From a virus (taxonomy: Duplodnaviria; Caudoviricetes), in IMG/VR virus record IMGVR_UViG_3300003860_000009, positions 1 through 46,543 of that record: a stretch of 46,543 bases of DNA; one strand, 5' to 3'. Shown one piece after another: positions 1 to 10,114 of the stretch (positions are counted from its first letter, which is position 1; the number at the start of each line of letters is the position of its first letter). The notes under the pieces were generated by a model. It did no database searches, was not told the origin of the DNA, and saw nothing but the letters and a program-made list of their open reading frames with translations. Made by a program: the position numbers and the translations under genes.

Positions 1-2
1 TA

Positions 3-1538
3 GGAGCAATTGATACAAAGTATTCAGCACCTTTGATGAAAAAGTGTACAACTGCTTTTGATTATTATCCTGGTTCTTATCGAATAGGAGATGCTTTTTA
101 TCCATCTCCTTTAATGGTAGATTATACAGGATCATCAATGTCCAATAAAGAATTAGTATCTCGAACTGGATCATTTTTAAGACATAGAACATTTAAAGAT
201 AATCCTTTGGCTGCAAATGGTACTCGTCCTAACTTAGTTGCTTTGGATGAGGTTGGTTTCCATTATAATATAAAAGAATCTTGGGGAGCTATTGAGGGGA
301 TTCAAACATCAAAACAAAAAAAGAATCTTGTTATTTGGGCACTAGGGACTGGAGGACTTGTTTCTGGTAGAGCAGCACTTTATGCTGAATCTATATTCAG
401 AAATCCTGATGATTACAATTGTATTGCATTTGAAGACATTTATGAGAACCGTGGAAACATTGGTTACTTTGTTCCATTTTGGTTAACATTAAATGAGTTC
501 AAACTAGGTCCAAATAAAATAACAGATGAATCATTAGCAAAATTATCTGTAGATATTCGTAGAGAAGAAGCAAAGAAAGCTCCAGATGCTATTGTATATC
601 AGTCAGAAATTGTAAACGGACCAATACTTCCATCAGAAGCATTTCTAGTGGTGGAAGGTTCTTACTTTCCAACACTTCTATTGAAAGAACAATTAGCAGA
701 AGTTGAAGGTGGAAAATATGCAAAATATGTAGAAAGTTCTTTTAAAGGTAGATTAGTATTTGAGCAAGATGATACTGTGAGTTTTGAAACTATGCAAGAT
801 GCTAGACCTATTCGAAGTTTTCCAATATCAAAAGGTGAGGATAAAAAAGGATGTGTTGAAATTTGGGTAAAACCTCAAAAGAATGATGAAGGAGTAATTC
901 CTCATGGAACATATATAGGTGGAATGGACGTTGTAGATAAGGCTAGAGCAACTACCGATTCACTTCCTTCTATATTTATCATGAATAGATTTACTCGTCA
1001 GATAGTGGCTGAATACACTGGTCGTACAGATGATCCAAATGACTTTTATGAAATATGTAGAAAACTATTGATGTACTATAAAGCTACAGGAATGTATGAG
1101 CAAAATCTTCCTGGTCTATATACTTATTTTACTCAAAAGAAATGTACTTACTTACTTGCTGATACTCCCTACCAATTAAGAAATTCAGATACATATAAAG
1201 AAGGAACAAATACATCTAAAGGAATCAATGCTTCTCAAACAGTGAATAGTACTGCTAGAGATTTTATTAAATCATGGCTTGCTGAATTAGTTTCTATAAA
1301 TTCAGAGAAACTAGTACTTCAAACATTATATTCTGCTGCTTGTATTAGGGAGCTTATTTCATGGAATATTCATGGTAACTTTGACAGGGTTTCTAGTCTT
1401 GGTATGTTAATGTGGCACGATGCTACGATGTTAAAAAAATCTACAGATCTTAAAGAAAAAGCAAAAGGATTTCTAGAAAGTGACTACTTTAAAAAAATGG
1501 GAGTTTTAAGAAAAACACAGATAGATAGAATAAATTAA
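3..1538 (+). CDS. terL: Terminase large subunit, 5'-truncated by the window edge
   Basis: The frame is open from position 3 (GAIDTKYSAPLMKK...), so the start at 33 is an artefact. Walker B-like LVALDEVG, coupling region GTGG, RNase H-like nuclease motifs YIGGMDVVD and GNFDRVSS. Lies directly before the portal gene. Confidence 0.93.
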   Translation, partial: GAIDTKYSAPLMKKCTTAFDYYPGSYRIGDAFYPSPLMVDYTGSSMSNKELVSRTGSFLRHRTFKDNPLAANGTRPNLVALDEVGFHYNIKESWGAIEGIQTSKQKKNLVIWALGTGGLVSGRAALYAESIFRNPDDYNCIAFEDIYENRGNIGYFVPFWLTLNEFKLGPNKITDESLAKLSVDIRREEAKKAPDAIVYQSEIVNGPILPSEAFLVVEGSYFPTLLLKEQLAEVEGGKYAKYVESSFKGRLVFEQDDTVSFETMQDARPIRSFPISKGEDKKGCVEIWVKPQKNDEGVIPHGTYIGGMDVVDKARATTDSLPSIFIMNRFTRQIVAEYTGRTDDPNDFYEICRKLLMYYKATGMYEQNLPGLYTYFTQKKCTYLLADTPYQLRNSDTYKEGTNTSKGINASQTVNSTARDFIKSWLAELVSINSEKLVLQTLYSAACIRELISWNIHGNFDRVSSLGMLMWHDATMLKKSTDLKEKAKGFLESDYFKKMGVLRKTQIDRIN

Positions 1539-1550
1539 CTTTTTATTATA

Positions 1551-1558
1551 TAAATTTG
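1551..1558 (+). promoter_or_regulatory. Bacteroidota primary-sigma -7 promoter element upstream of portal
   Basis: TAAATTTG matches TAnnTTTG; in the terL-portal gap, 34 nt before the ATG. Confidence 0.6.
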
Positions 1559-1584
1559 TATTTTTACAATAAAATAATTATTAT

Positions 1585-4014
1585 ATGGAAAATTCTGGTT
1601 TTCGAGGTATTATTAATTTCCCAAGACAAAAGTTATCTGATGCTGAGAAGAATGAGGATTGGTATCAAAAGAATGTAGATTTTGCTAAACACGTTTTATC
1701 AGCAGATAAAGGTTTGAGAAATTCATTTGCTAATAAAAGAATAAACTATAATCTACGATCTAATATAATAAATCCTTCAGACTTTGAAAGATTTATAAAT
1801 CCTGACCAATTAGATTTATCAACCTTACCAGCTTCCTTTCAACATATAGGAATAGAAAATAATAAGATTAATTTATTGTTAGGAGAATATTCTAAACGTA
1901 AACATGATTTCAGAGTTTATTTATCAGCTAATGATAAAGATGGTATTTCCAGAAAAGAAGGAAAATTAAAAGATGAATTAGATGCTGAATTATTAGATAT
2001 GATTCAGAGTACTTCAATTTCACAAGAAGAAATACAAAAACGATTAGAATCATTTAAAAAATATCAATCATATGATTTTCAAGATATTGCTGAAATTACA
2101 GCAAATAAAGTTTTGAAGAAAGAGTTTAAAGATCAAAATTTAGATTTTACTTTTCTTCGAACATTTGAGGATTTACTTGTAGGTGGTGAGCAAATTGTTT
2201 ACTGTGGTGTATTAGGTGGTGAACCAGTAATGCGTAAAGTAAATACTGAAAACTTATTTACTATCGGTAGTAGTTCAATGTTTATCGAAGATGCTGATAT
2301 AATTGTCGAATATGGATATTCTAGTGTCGGACAAGTAATTGATGATTATTGGGATAAATTAAAAGAAGCTGATATTGATTTCCTTGAAGGAGGAACTAAA
2401 GCAAATCCTTCAAGTGCTATTGGTTTGAATCAACCAATGACTGTAGATGGTCGTTTTGGAGATGCTAATGGATTAAATTTATTCTTACCTAATCAACAAG
2501 GTTCTGCAACTTTTGCTGGAGCATTTGATACTGCAGGTAATGTAAGAGTATTGAAAACTTGTTGGAGAAGTCGTAGAAAAATAGGAAAAAGAAAATACTT
2601 TGATGAGCATGATGGTTCTGAGCAATATGATTATGTTGATGATAAATATATTGTTAAAAAAGATCAAGGAGAAGAAGTTACATGGATTTGGGTAAACGAA
2701 TGGTTACAAGCAACTCATATAGGAGATTCTATTCTTGTTGATTGTGGTCCAATTCCTTTTGCTTCTAAATCAATGGTTAATAGATCTAAAGGTGCTCCTA
2801 ACTATGTGGGATCTGTAAATTCTACAAATGATTATAAAGTACAATCTCTTTCTGATATAATGAAACCATTAGCGTATTCTTATGATATTGCTTACTATAA
2901 AAGAGAATTAGAAATTGCTACATACAAAGGAAGTTTTGCAGCGATCAATCAATCATTAGTTCCTTCTGGATGGGACCCTAAAGAATGGATTAGATATGCT
3001 ACTATAAATAAAATTGCATGGCTTGATCCTACTAATGAAATATTAAAAGGACCATCTCAAGGAAAATCTGCAGGTGCTTTCAATACATTAACGGCAACTA
3101 ATGTAACTATTGGTGATCCTTCAGCTATTCAAATGTACACTAATTTATTATTGGACATTGAGAATACAATGGGTAAAATTGCTGGTGTATCTTCTGTTAG
3201 AGAAGGTCAAATCCAAAATAGTCAATCAGTTGGTAATGTTGAGAGAGAAGTTACTCAAACATCTCATATTACTGAAAAATGGTTTGCTATTGATGCTAAC
3301 TTTAGAAAACGTGCTTTAAGTAGATTCTTAGAATGTTGTAAATTTGCATATAAAGATAATCCTAAAAAAGGATATATGATTCTGAATGATATGGAATCAG
3401 TACTAGTAGAAAACTTTGATGAGTTCTGTGCTTCTGATTATGATCTTCATGTTTCTGATTCTAGTGATGATACTAAATTATATTCTGATTTAACTCAATT
3501 GGCACAAGCTGCTATTCAAAATGGTCAAGCTAAGATTAGTGATCTTATTTCTATTGCTCAATCTGAATCTGTTCAAGAAGTTCGTAAACGTCTTGAGGAT
3601 TCTGCTAAAGACATTCAGGAACAGCAAGATAAAGCTAAACAAATGGATTACGAGCAACAAGATAAAAACAATCAAGCTGCTGCTCAATTAGCAAAAACTC
3701 AACAAGATGTTTTGATATTAGAAAATCAAAAAGATCGTGATGTGAAATATGCAGAAATAGAATCTAAAGAACGTATCGCTGGAATGAATGAATTTGGTAC
3801 AGATATGAGACACCAGCGTACAACAGCTCAAACTGATACAGATTCTAATGGTGTCGGTGATTATTTAGATGTACGTAGAACTGATATAGATGAAAAATAT
3901 AAAGCAGATTCTGTAGAAATTCAAAAAGCTAAACTTGCTGAGACTACTCGTACAAATTTAGCAAACGAATTATTGAAAAAACAATCAATAAATAATAAAC
4001 CTGTTAATAAATAG
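1585..4014 (+). CDS. Portal protein (crAss-like)
   Basis: 809 aa between terminase and scaffold/MCP. N-terminal FPRQKL..EK...W, GVSSVREGQI and a long Q/E/K-rich C-terminal coiled-coil barrel are typical of crAss-like portals. Confidence 0.9.
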   Translation: MENSGFRGIINFPRQKLSDAEKNEDWYQKNVDFAKHVLSADKGLRNSFANKRINYNLRSNIINPSDFERFINPDQLDLSTLPASFQHIGIENNKINLLLGEYSKRKHDFRVYLSANDKDGISRKEGKLKDELDAELLDMIQSTSISQEEIQKRLESFKKYQSYDFQDIAEITANKVLKKEFKDQNLDFTFLRTFEDLLVGGEQIVYCGVLGGEPVMRKVNTENLFTIGSSSMFIEDADIIVEYGYSSVGQVIDDYWDKLKEADIDFLEGGTKANPSSAIGLNQPMTVDGRFGDANGLNLFLPNQQGSATFAGAFDTAGNVRVLKTCWRSRRKIGKRKYFDEHDGSEQYDYVDDKYIVKKDQGEEVTWIWVNEWLQATHIGDSILVDCGPIPFASKSMVNRSKGAPNYVGSVNSTNDYKVQSLSDIMKPLAYSYDIAYYKRELEIATYKGSFAAINQSLVPSGWDPKEWIRYATINKIAWLDPTNEILKGPSQGKSAGAFNTLTATNVTIGDPSAIQMYTNLLLDIENTMGKIAGVSSVREGQIQNSQSVGNVEREVTQTSHITEKWFAIDANFRKRALSRFLECCKFAYKDNPKKGYMILNDMESVLVENFDEFCASDYDLHVSDSSDDTKLYSDLTQLAQAAIQNGQAKISDLISIAQSESVQEVRKRLEDSAKDIQEQQDKAKQMDYEQQDKNNQAAAQLAKTQQDVLILENQKDRDVKYAEIESKERIAGMNEFGTDMRHQRTTAQTDTDSNGVGDYLDVRRTDIDEKYKADSVEIQKAKLAETTRTNLANELLKKQSINNKPVNK

Positions 4015-4112
4015 CTATTAGTAGCTAGATAAAAAACAGTAATAATGCTACTAAGATTTAAGTAAAGTAGTAAAATAAATGTAATATTGTAAACAATTAA
4101 TGACAGCAAAGT

Positions 4113-5309
4113 ATGATAAATGGAAATGATGATGATTTATTTGCAGGTGTTCAGATAATGAGTGCTCAAGAATTAAATCAAAGTATTGCTTCGGGAGAAG
4201 GTGATACTACTGGAGAAATAGTAAATGATGGTACTATTCAAATTTTACCTCCCGATAGAAGTAAAATAATTGAAACTCCTGATACAACGGTTGAAGGAAA
4301 TACTGATAATACTAATGTAAGTACAAATTCTAGTACTAATCTTGATGAAGATAGAAAAGAATCTGTATATAAAGCATTGTTATCTGAAATGGTAAAAGAA
4401 GGTGTTCTGAGTCTTGACGAAGCAGATAAACTAGAAGAATTACCAGGATCGTTTGATACAGTTAAAGCCTTGATGGAAAAAACAGTATCTAAAAAGTTTG
4501 ACAGTAAGCAAGAAGAATGGAAAAATAGTCTTTCAAAAGATAAAAAGAGATTTTTAGAAATTGAAAACGCATTTGATTCAGACGATATTGCTATTGAAAT
4601 GACTAAGAAATTAGAGTTCTTTGACACTATTACACCCGAAACATTATCTGATAATGTTGAATTGCAAAAAACTATTTATAGAGAGTTTCTATTGGCTAAA
4701 GGTTATACAGCCGTAGAAGCAAATGAAGAAATAGAAGATGCTGATGCTCTTGGTAAATTAGATGATAAAGCTTCTAAAGCATTACCTCATCTTAGAAAAG
4801 AAGCTACTGAATATGTCGATAAAGCTAGAAATTCTAAACTGGAGTCAATAGAAAAAGATAAAGTAGTAGCAACACAAAAATTTGATAATTTAATTAAATC
4901 AATAGATGCTCAAGAATCATTCATTGATGGTATTGCTTTAAATAAAGTTGCTAAAGATAAACTGAGAGATAACATTATCAAACCAGTTCACACAGATGCA
5001 AATGGTAGACAGTATAATTCATTGATGTATAAACAACATCAAAATCCAGCAGGATTCGAATTAATGATCAACTATTTAGATTCTATTGGTATATTTAATA
5101 TGGATAAAGCTGGTAATTTTAAACCAGATATTTCTAAATTAAAAAATGTTGCGAAAACAGCAGCAGTCAATGAACTTGATAAAGTAATTGCTCAAAATGA
5201 TACAAGACCTATTGGTAGAAATTCAGCATTAGATGGATCTTCCGATAAAACAAAAGATCTTGCAAATTGGTTAGAGGGTGCTTTTGGTGAAACAAAAAAG
5301 AAAAAATAA
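4113..5309 (+). CDS. Putative capsid scaffolding/assembly protein (conserved crAss-like gene upstream of MCP)
   Basis: 398 aa, acidic low-complexity N-terminus, helical remainder, positioned between portal and MCP. Confidence 0.65.
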   Translation: MINGNDDDLFAGVQIMSAQELNQSIASGEGDTTGEIVNDGTIQILPPDRSKIIETPDTTVEGNTDNTNVSTNSSTNLDEDRKESVYKALLSEMVKEGVLSLDEADKLEELPGSFDTVKALMEKTVSKKFDSKQEEWKNSLSKDKKRFLEIENAFDSDDIAIEMTKKLEFFDTITPETLSDNVELQKTIYREFLLAKGYTAVEANEEIEDADALGKLDDKASKALPHLRKEATEYVDKARNSKLESIEKDKVVATQKFDNLIKSIDAQESFIDGIALNKVAKDKLRDNIIKPVHTDANGRQYNSLMYKQHQNPAGFELMINYLDSIGIFNMDKAGNFKPDISKLKNVAKTAAVNELDKVIAQNDTRPIGRNSALDGSSDKTKDLANWLEGAFGETKKKK

Positions 5310-5339
5310 GTTTAATATAAATAAATAAATAAAATAAAA

Positions 5340-6857
5340 ATGGCTCAATTACTTCCGTTACAAAAATTCGAAGCAGTTGATTACAATGGTTTGGTTACAG
5401 ATAACCATTTCTACTCATTGTATCAACAAAAACCTCAGTTGATTAACAACTTAATCAGAGAAATCTATAAGGTTAATCTTCAAGGTAAATTACGTGAGTT
5501 CGTTGATCGCTTCCCTGTTAAGGAAATGGAGCAAGAAAATGGATTCTATAACTGGATGTTGCAAGGACAACACAATAAAAATCTTCCATTGGTAGATGCT
5601 GAAACTATTTCAGGTTTATCTATTTCTGCTGGAACATTTCCTTCTAACGTAGGAGCAAATGGAGAAAGATTCTTATTGACTTTTGATGAAGAAATGTTTA
5701 CTGAAACTGATGTTTTAAAAGGTGAAGTTGATGATTATCATTACTTAGTGAAAAAATCTTTAGATGCTGGTTCTCGTTTCAAATACGAAGTAGAATTGGT
5801 TACAAGTAATTCTAGTTTATCTGTTCCTTCTGAGGAATTAGCTATCGGAATGCGTTTCTCTAAATTCTATGGTCTTACACCTTCTACACTTTCTTATCAA
5901 GGATCTAAACCTAATTTCACATCTCCTTGGAGAATGGAAAATAGAATGTCAATGATGAGAATGGAATATGAAGTTGCTGGTAATGTTATTGATAAAGGAG
6001 ATAACGAACCATTAGAGTTCAACTTCCAATTCAATGGTAAATCAGAGAAAATGTGGATCAACTATCAAGATATGGTTGCTAAACACCAACATGAAGAAAT
6101 GTTCGCAAGAATGCAACTTTATGGTAAACGTAACTGGACTTCTGATCACCTTTACTTGAACAAAGATGATAAAACTAAATATGCTATCGAATCTGGTTCA
6201 GGTTTCTTTGAGCAAATTGCACCATCAAATGTTCATTACTATAACGCTTATGACATTGATTGGCATTTAGAGTTATTACTTGACATGGGTGTTGGTAAAA
6301 TTGAAAGAGGAAGACGTGTTATTGAATTGCTTACTGGTGAATTTGGAGCTGTTGAAATCTCTAAACAAATTCAAGCTAAAATGAATGCTGGTTCGAACAT
6401 CGTGGTTATCCAAGATAAATTCTTACAAGGTAATTCTGCTGCTGGTAATTTAGGTGGTTCAAATACTAAATTTGCAATGCAACCACAATACAATATTTAC
6501 CAATGGTATAATGGTATTGAAATTAGAGTAAACATTCTTGAGTTCTTCGATGATGATACTTACTTCCCAGCTTTACACCCAGATGGTAAAGGATTGGTTG
6601 AATCTCATAGAATCCTTGCATTAGGATATGGTGAAGATTCAGGTATTTTCAGAACTAAACCAAAAGGTACTCCTGAAACACAATGGGGTTATATCCCAGG
6701 AATGAGAGATCCTTTTAATGCTGGTGGACAAGGTGGTGCTCCTAAGATGATGGCTTCTGCTATTGATGGGTACACTGTACACATGGCTAAATGGGGTGGT
6801 ATGTTAGTTGAAGATCCAACTAAAATTGTTGACTTACGTTTATCTGTAGCTAGATAA
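5340..6857 (+). CDS. Major capsid protein (HK97 fold, crAss-like)
   Basis: 505 aa with GLVTDNH near the N-terminus and YIPGMRDPF / SAIDGYTVH..WGG...EDPT near the C-terminus, as in crAss-like MCPs. Codon bias of a highly expressed gene, A-rich leader, terminator downstream. Confidence 0.9.
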   Translation: MAQLLPLQKFEAVDYNGLVTDNHFYSLYQQKPQLINNLIREIYKVNLQGKLREFVDRFPVKEMEQENGFYNWMLQGQHNKNLPLVDAETISGLSISAGTFPSNVGANGERFLLTFDEEMFTETDVLKGEVDDYHYLVKKSLDAGSRFKYEVELVTSNSSLSVPSEELAIGMRFSKFYGLTPSTLSYQGSKPNFTSPWRMENRMSMMRMEYEVAGNVIDKGDNEPLEFNFQFNGKSEKMWINYQDMVAKHQHEEMFARMQLYGKRNWTSDHLYLNKDDKTKYAIESGSGFFEQIAPSNVHYYNAYDIDWHLELLLDMGVGKIERGRRVIELLTGEFGAVEISKQIQAKMNAGSNIVVIQDKFLQGNSAAGNLGGSNTKFAMQPQYNIYQWYNGIEIRVNILEFFDDDTYFPALHPDGKGLVESHRILALGYGEDSGIFRTKPKGTPETQWGYIPGMRDPFNAGGQGGAPKMMASAIDGYTVHMAKWGGMLVEDPTKIVDLRLSVAR

Positions 6858-6871
6858 TCAAAATAAATACT

Positions 6872-6907
6872 CAGTCCTTCAGGTGCAAAAACTGAAGGAC
6901 TGTTTTT
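6872..6907 (+). terminator. Rho-independent terminator after MCP
   Basis: Perfect 11-bp stem CAGTCCTTCAG / CTGAAGGACTG, 9-nt loop, then TTTTT. Confidence 0.88.
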
Positions 6908-6944
6908 AAATAAATTACACAACGGAGAATAATAAAAATACAAA

Positions 6945-7916
6945 ATGGGAAAAGATTTAGAAAGTACAGCAACAGTTGAAAAAACTGAAAAAATTGAAAA
7001 AGTGATTTACGGATCATTTCTTAGAGATGAGAAAGTTTCTGTAAGACCAGTAGAATCTCAAGGTAAATGGGCAAATTTACTTGTAGCAGGTCAAGATAAA
7101 AAGAAAGATGCTTTTATCTATAATAAAGTGAAAAGAAGTTTCCAAGTTCCATTGAAAGATTTCAATGCTGGAGGAGGAGTTAAATCAATATTGGATGATT
7201 TAAAACGTGTCCATATTCAAAAATATACAGTTCAATTTCCATCGGGAATGACACAAAAAGAGTTCTTTGAAAAAGAGTTAGGAGTTGATTTGAATACTAC
7301 TTTGAAAACAGAAGATAACTTCTGGAAAATTGACAAAAGAAGTAGGGTAACAATCACTAAAGCAGGTATGACTTTGAATCTTGCTGAACCAATTGATATG
7401 TTGAAATATTTGATTTTATTATCAGATGTTAGTAGAATTTCTCCTTCTTATGAGCAATCTACAAAGAAAGCAACGTATGAATTTATGATTGTTAATGAGA
7501 ACAAACTTATATCTAAACGTGTTGAGACTGGTAAAATCAAAGCTAAAGCGTATGCTAAGTTTGCTGAGATTACTTCTTCTGAAACGAAAATGGTAGGGTT
7601 TATCAAATCTATTGGTAGAATTGTACCTGTTAATCGTACAGAAGATTGGTTGGAATCAGAAATATTGAATGTACTTGAAAATAGTGCTGAAGGTTTCTTG
7701 AAAATAGTTGAAGATCCAACTTACGATAAAAAGATTTTTGTTCAAAACAGTATTGAAGTAGGAGCTATTCTTAAAAAAGGTGACAAACGATATACATTAG
7801 ACAATGGTGTTGAATTAGGTGATTTAGGAGATACAATTAATTTCTTAGGAAATCCTGATAATCAAGATATAAGATTGAGAATAAAATCATTGATTGAATT
7901 GAGTGGTAGAAAATAA
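6945..7916 (+). CDS. Conserved crAss-like capsid-module protein following MCP, function unknown
   Basis: 323 aa; position directly after MCP; motifs FFEKELG.DL, NFW and LNL..P.DM.KY..L recalled from this crAss-like family. Confidence 0.65.
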   Translation: MGKDLESTATVEKTEKIEKVIYGSFLRDEKVSVRPVESQGKWANLLVAGQDKKKDAFIYNKVKRSFQVPLKDFNAGGGVKSILDDLKRVHIQKYTVQFPSGMTQKEFFEKELGVDLNTTLKTEDNFWKIDKRSRVTITKAGMTLNLAEPIDMLKYLILLSDVSRISPSYEQSTKKATYEFMIVNENKLISKRVETGKIKAKAYAKFAEITSSETKMVGFIKSIGRIVPVNRTEDWLESEILNVLENSAEGFLKIVEDPTYDKKIFVQNSIEVGAILKKGDKRYTLDNGVELGDLGDTINFLGNPDNQDIRLRIKSLIELSGRK

Positions 7917-7937
7917 TTAATTTAAAACTTAGAAATT

Positions 7938-8693
7938 TTGGATGCAAATAAAATGGCTGATGAATTGGAATTAAGACTTGATCGTAGTGATAGTTTTGGT
8001 TCTCCTGGTTACGAAGATTTTGAATTATCTTCTGTACTTACTGAAGCACAGTCATTTTATGTGAAAAAATTTATAAGTGAACTTAATAATAGAAAATTAG
8101 AAGGTTTTGAAGAAACTGAAATTAGAAACCAAGGATTGAGTGCCTTGATAAAAAGAGGTGATACTCTCTTGGTTTCTTCTAATCAAACAGATGTTTTAAC
8201 AAACGGAAAATTCTTTGATTTACCTAGTGATTTTATGTTCACTATTTTTGAAGAAGTTACTATTAATAAATTAAAGTGTAATAGTACAACTGAATATATT
8301 AAAGGAGATATTAGAATAACTGCTCATAATGAGATACCAAGATTGAAAAATAATAAATATCATAAACCTTATTATAAGAATTATGGTGAATGTTTAGTTT
8401 GGAGATTGGTATTTTCAAGAGAAGTTTCTGGGGAAAATCCTGCTACAACTCAAACAAGTAAACGTCATCAACTAATGACAGATGGTACATTCAACATAGA
8501 TATATATTCTATTAACTATTTAAGAATACCAAATGATATAATTGTAGACAGAACAACAACAACTAATCAAAGAAATTGTATCTTTGATGAATCAACTCAT
8601 ACAACAATTATAGATATAGCTGTTGATTTGATGATGAATAGAGTAAAAGAACAAGCATTGAAAAATATAGAAGGATCTAAGGATTTAGAATAA
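7938..8693 (+). CDS. Tail ring / head-tail connector protein
   Basis: 251 aa (TTG start; alternative ATG at 7953). PGYEDFELSSVLTEAQ, INYLRIP and C.FDESTH..IIDIAV resemble crAss-like ring proteins. Confidence 0.7.
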   Translation: MDANKMADELELRLDRSDSFGSPGYEDFELSSVLTEAQSFYVKKFISELNNRKLEGFEETEIRNQGLSALIKRGDTLLVSSNQTDVLTNGKFFDLPSDFMFTIFEEVTINKLKCNSTTEYIKGDIRITAHNEIPRLKNNKYHKPYYKNYGECLVWRLVFSREVSGENPATTQTSKRHQLMTDGTFNIDIYSINYLRIPNDIIVDRTTTTNQRNCIFDESTHTTIIDIAVDLMMNRVKEQALKNIEGSKDLE

Positions 8694-8720
8694 ATAGTAA
8701 CAATTAAATAAAAAAACAAA

Positions 8721-10028
8721 ATGAGTTTAAGAAGAAATGGAAACATTACAACATCGCTAGTAGGTAAGGCATCCGTACTAACATCTACTTTACCTGCTGT
8801 ATCAGCATTGGTAACACCAGCAAATCTTGCAATCGGAGGATTGGTTTTAGTAGATTTAGGAAATAGAAGAATTTCTACTTTGACTGCTGGACAAGACTTT
8901 AGAATTGCTCAAGGTCAAGGTACTGATAAACCTTTATTATTAACACCGATTCTTAATGAAGCAAGAATCACAAAAACTGTTGGAGCACACAGATCTGCTA
9001 AACAGCAAGTAACAACTGTAGGATATGATCCTGTATCAGGTTTAGGAGCACTTCCTACTGCGAATGATACATCTTATTATATCAAAATTCGCAAGCGTGA
9101 TAACGATCAAGCAAATCAATCTCAACCTTCAAGTATATCTGCTCTTTACAAAACAGATGCTACTGGAACAGATGTTGAATTAGCATTTGGATTAGCTGCA
9201 AATGGTGAAAAGAATTTTGCTGATGAGCCAGGAAATGGTTATTTGAAATTTGAAGTTGTAACTTCTGCTGCTGGTTCAGCTACTGGAGCTGCTGCTGATA
9301 CTGTTATCGGTACTGCTGGAACAAGAACACTAACGTTGACAGATACTGCTGCAAATGGTACTATGTTTGCAATTGCTGTAGGTGATTTGATTAGAATTGG
9401 AACTGCTACTTCTGCTGAAGTATTTAAAGTTACTGCTACAACTGTGACTTCTACTGCTGGTGGAGTATTGACATTGGATCGTCCTTTAAAAGCTGATGTT
9501 TCTTTATTAGGAACTACTGCTTACTTCATTACTGCTGCTGCTGCTTTAGCTGCTTCAATGGGAGTTAGAATTACTGGAAAAGAAAATGTATTCAGTGTAA
9601 ATAAATGGAGAAACTATTACTCAAACCGTTTTAGTGTATCATTCTCTGATCCAACAATTCTTGTAACGAAAGTTACTGGAGCATTTGATGGTGTTGGAGT
9701 ATGGCAAAAAGTTGCAATGGATGAATATATGACTTACGGTTTCGAAGGTCAAAATGAAATGATGGGTGTTCCAGCAACTCCACGTTTTGCATTCACTCAA
9801 TCAGCTGCAACTGATGGTGCAACAAATACAAACAAGTACTCAGCATATCAAATTGCTTGGACTGAATCAGTTAGTGATTTAGTATCAACTTTTAATGCTA
9901 AAGGTTCTGTTATTATATACTTGAATTTAGATCAAACAACTTTAGGTGTGATCCCTGCTTCTACTACGCAAAATGCATTGGTAGTAGCATTAGGAGGAAC
10001 TGTATCTGATTTCGATCAAATTTCATAA
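8721..10028 (+). CDS. Probable auxiliary capsid (decoration) protein
   Basis: 435 aa, Thr/Ala/Gly-rich beta-structured protein with high-expression codon bias, strong A-rich leader and its own terminator; syntenic with the crAss-like auxiliary capsid gene. Confidence 0.6.
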   Translation: MSLRRNGNITTSLVGKASVLTSTLPAVSALVTPANLAIGGLVLVDLGNRRISTLTAGQDFRIAQGQGTDKPLLLTPILNEARITKTVGAHRSAKQQVTTVGYDPVSGLGALPTANDTSYYIKIRKRDNDQANQSQPSSISALYKTDATGTDVELAFGLAANGEKNFADEPGNGYLKFEVVTSAAGSATGAAADTVIGTAGTRTLTLTDTAANGTMFAIAVGDLIRIGTATSAEVFKVTATTVTSTAGGVLTLDRPLKADVSLLGTTAYFITAAAALAASMGVRITGKENVFSVNKWRNYYSNRFSVSFSDPTILVTKVTGAFDGVGVWQKVAMDEYMTYGFEGQNEMMGVPATPRFAFTQSAATDGATNTNKYSAYQIAWTESVSDLVSTFNAKGSVIIYLNLDQTTLGVIPASTTQNALVVALGGTVSDFDQIS

Positions 10029-10045
10029 AGATCTCCCAAGTGTAT

Positions 10046-10095
10046 CAGTAGCTCATCACTAATTTTGCTGTCGGTGGTGAGCTATTGTTTTTTTT
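10046..10095 (+). terminator. Rho-independent terminator
   Basis: 15-bp stem CAGTAGCTCATCACT / GGTGGTGAGCTATTG (three G-U pairs) followed by a run of 8 T. Confidence 0.85.
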
Positions 10096-10114
10096 AACCT
10101 TAAAATTTTATATA

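Noticed and set aside
33-38. Start codon of the terminase at 33/36
   Set aside because: The frame is open to the window edge and the N-terminal ATPase part including Walker A is missing, so the real start is upstream of the window
5310-5339. AAAT tandem repeat before MCP as a functional repeat or origin
   Set aside because: Best explained as the A-rich translation-initiation leader typical of Bacteroidota genes
10085-10114. TTG start of the 348-aa ORF
   Set aside because: It falls in the terminator stem and T-run; ATG 10115 gives an N-terminus that aligns with the paralogue at 12890
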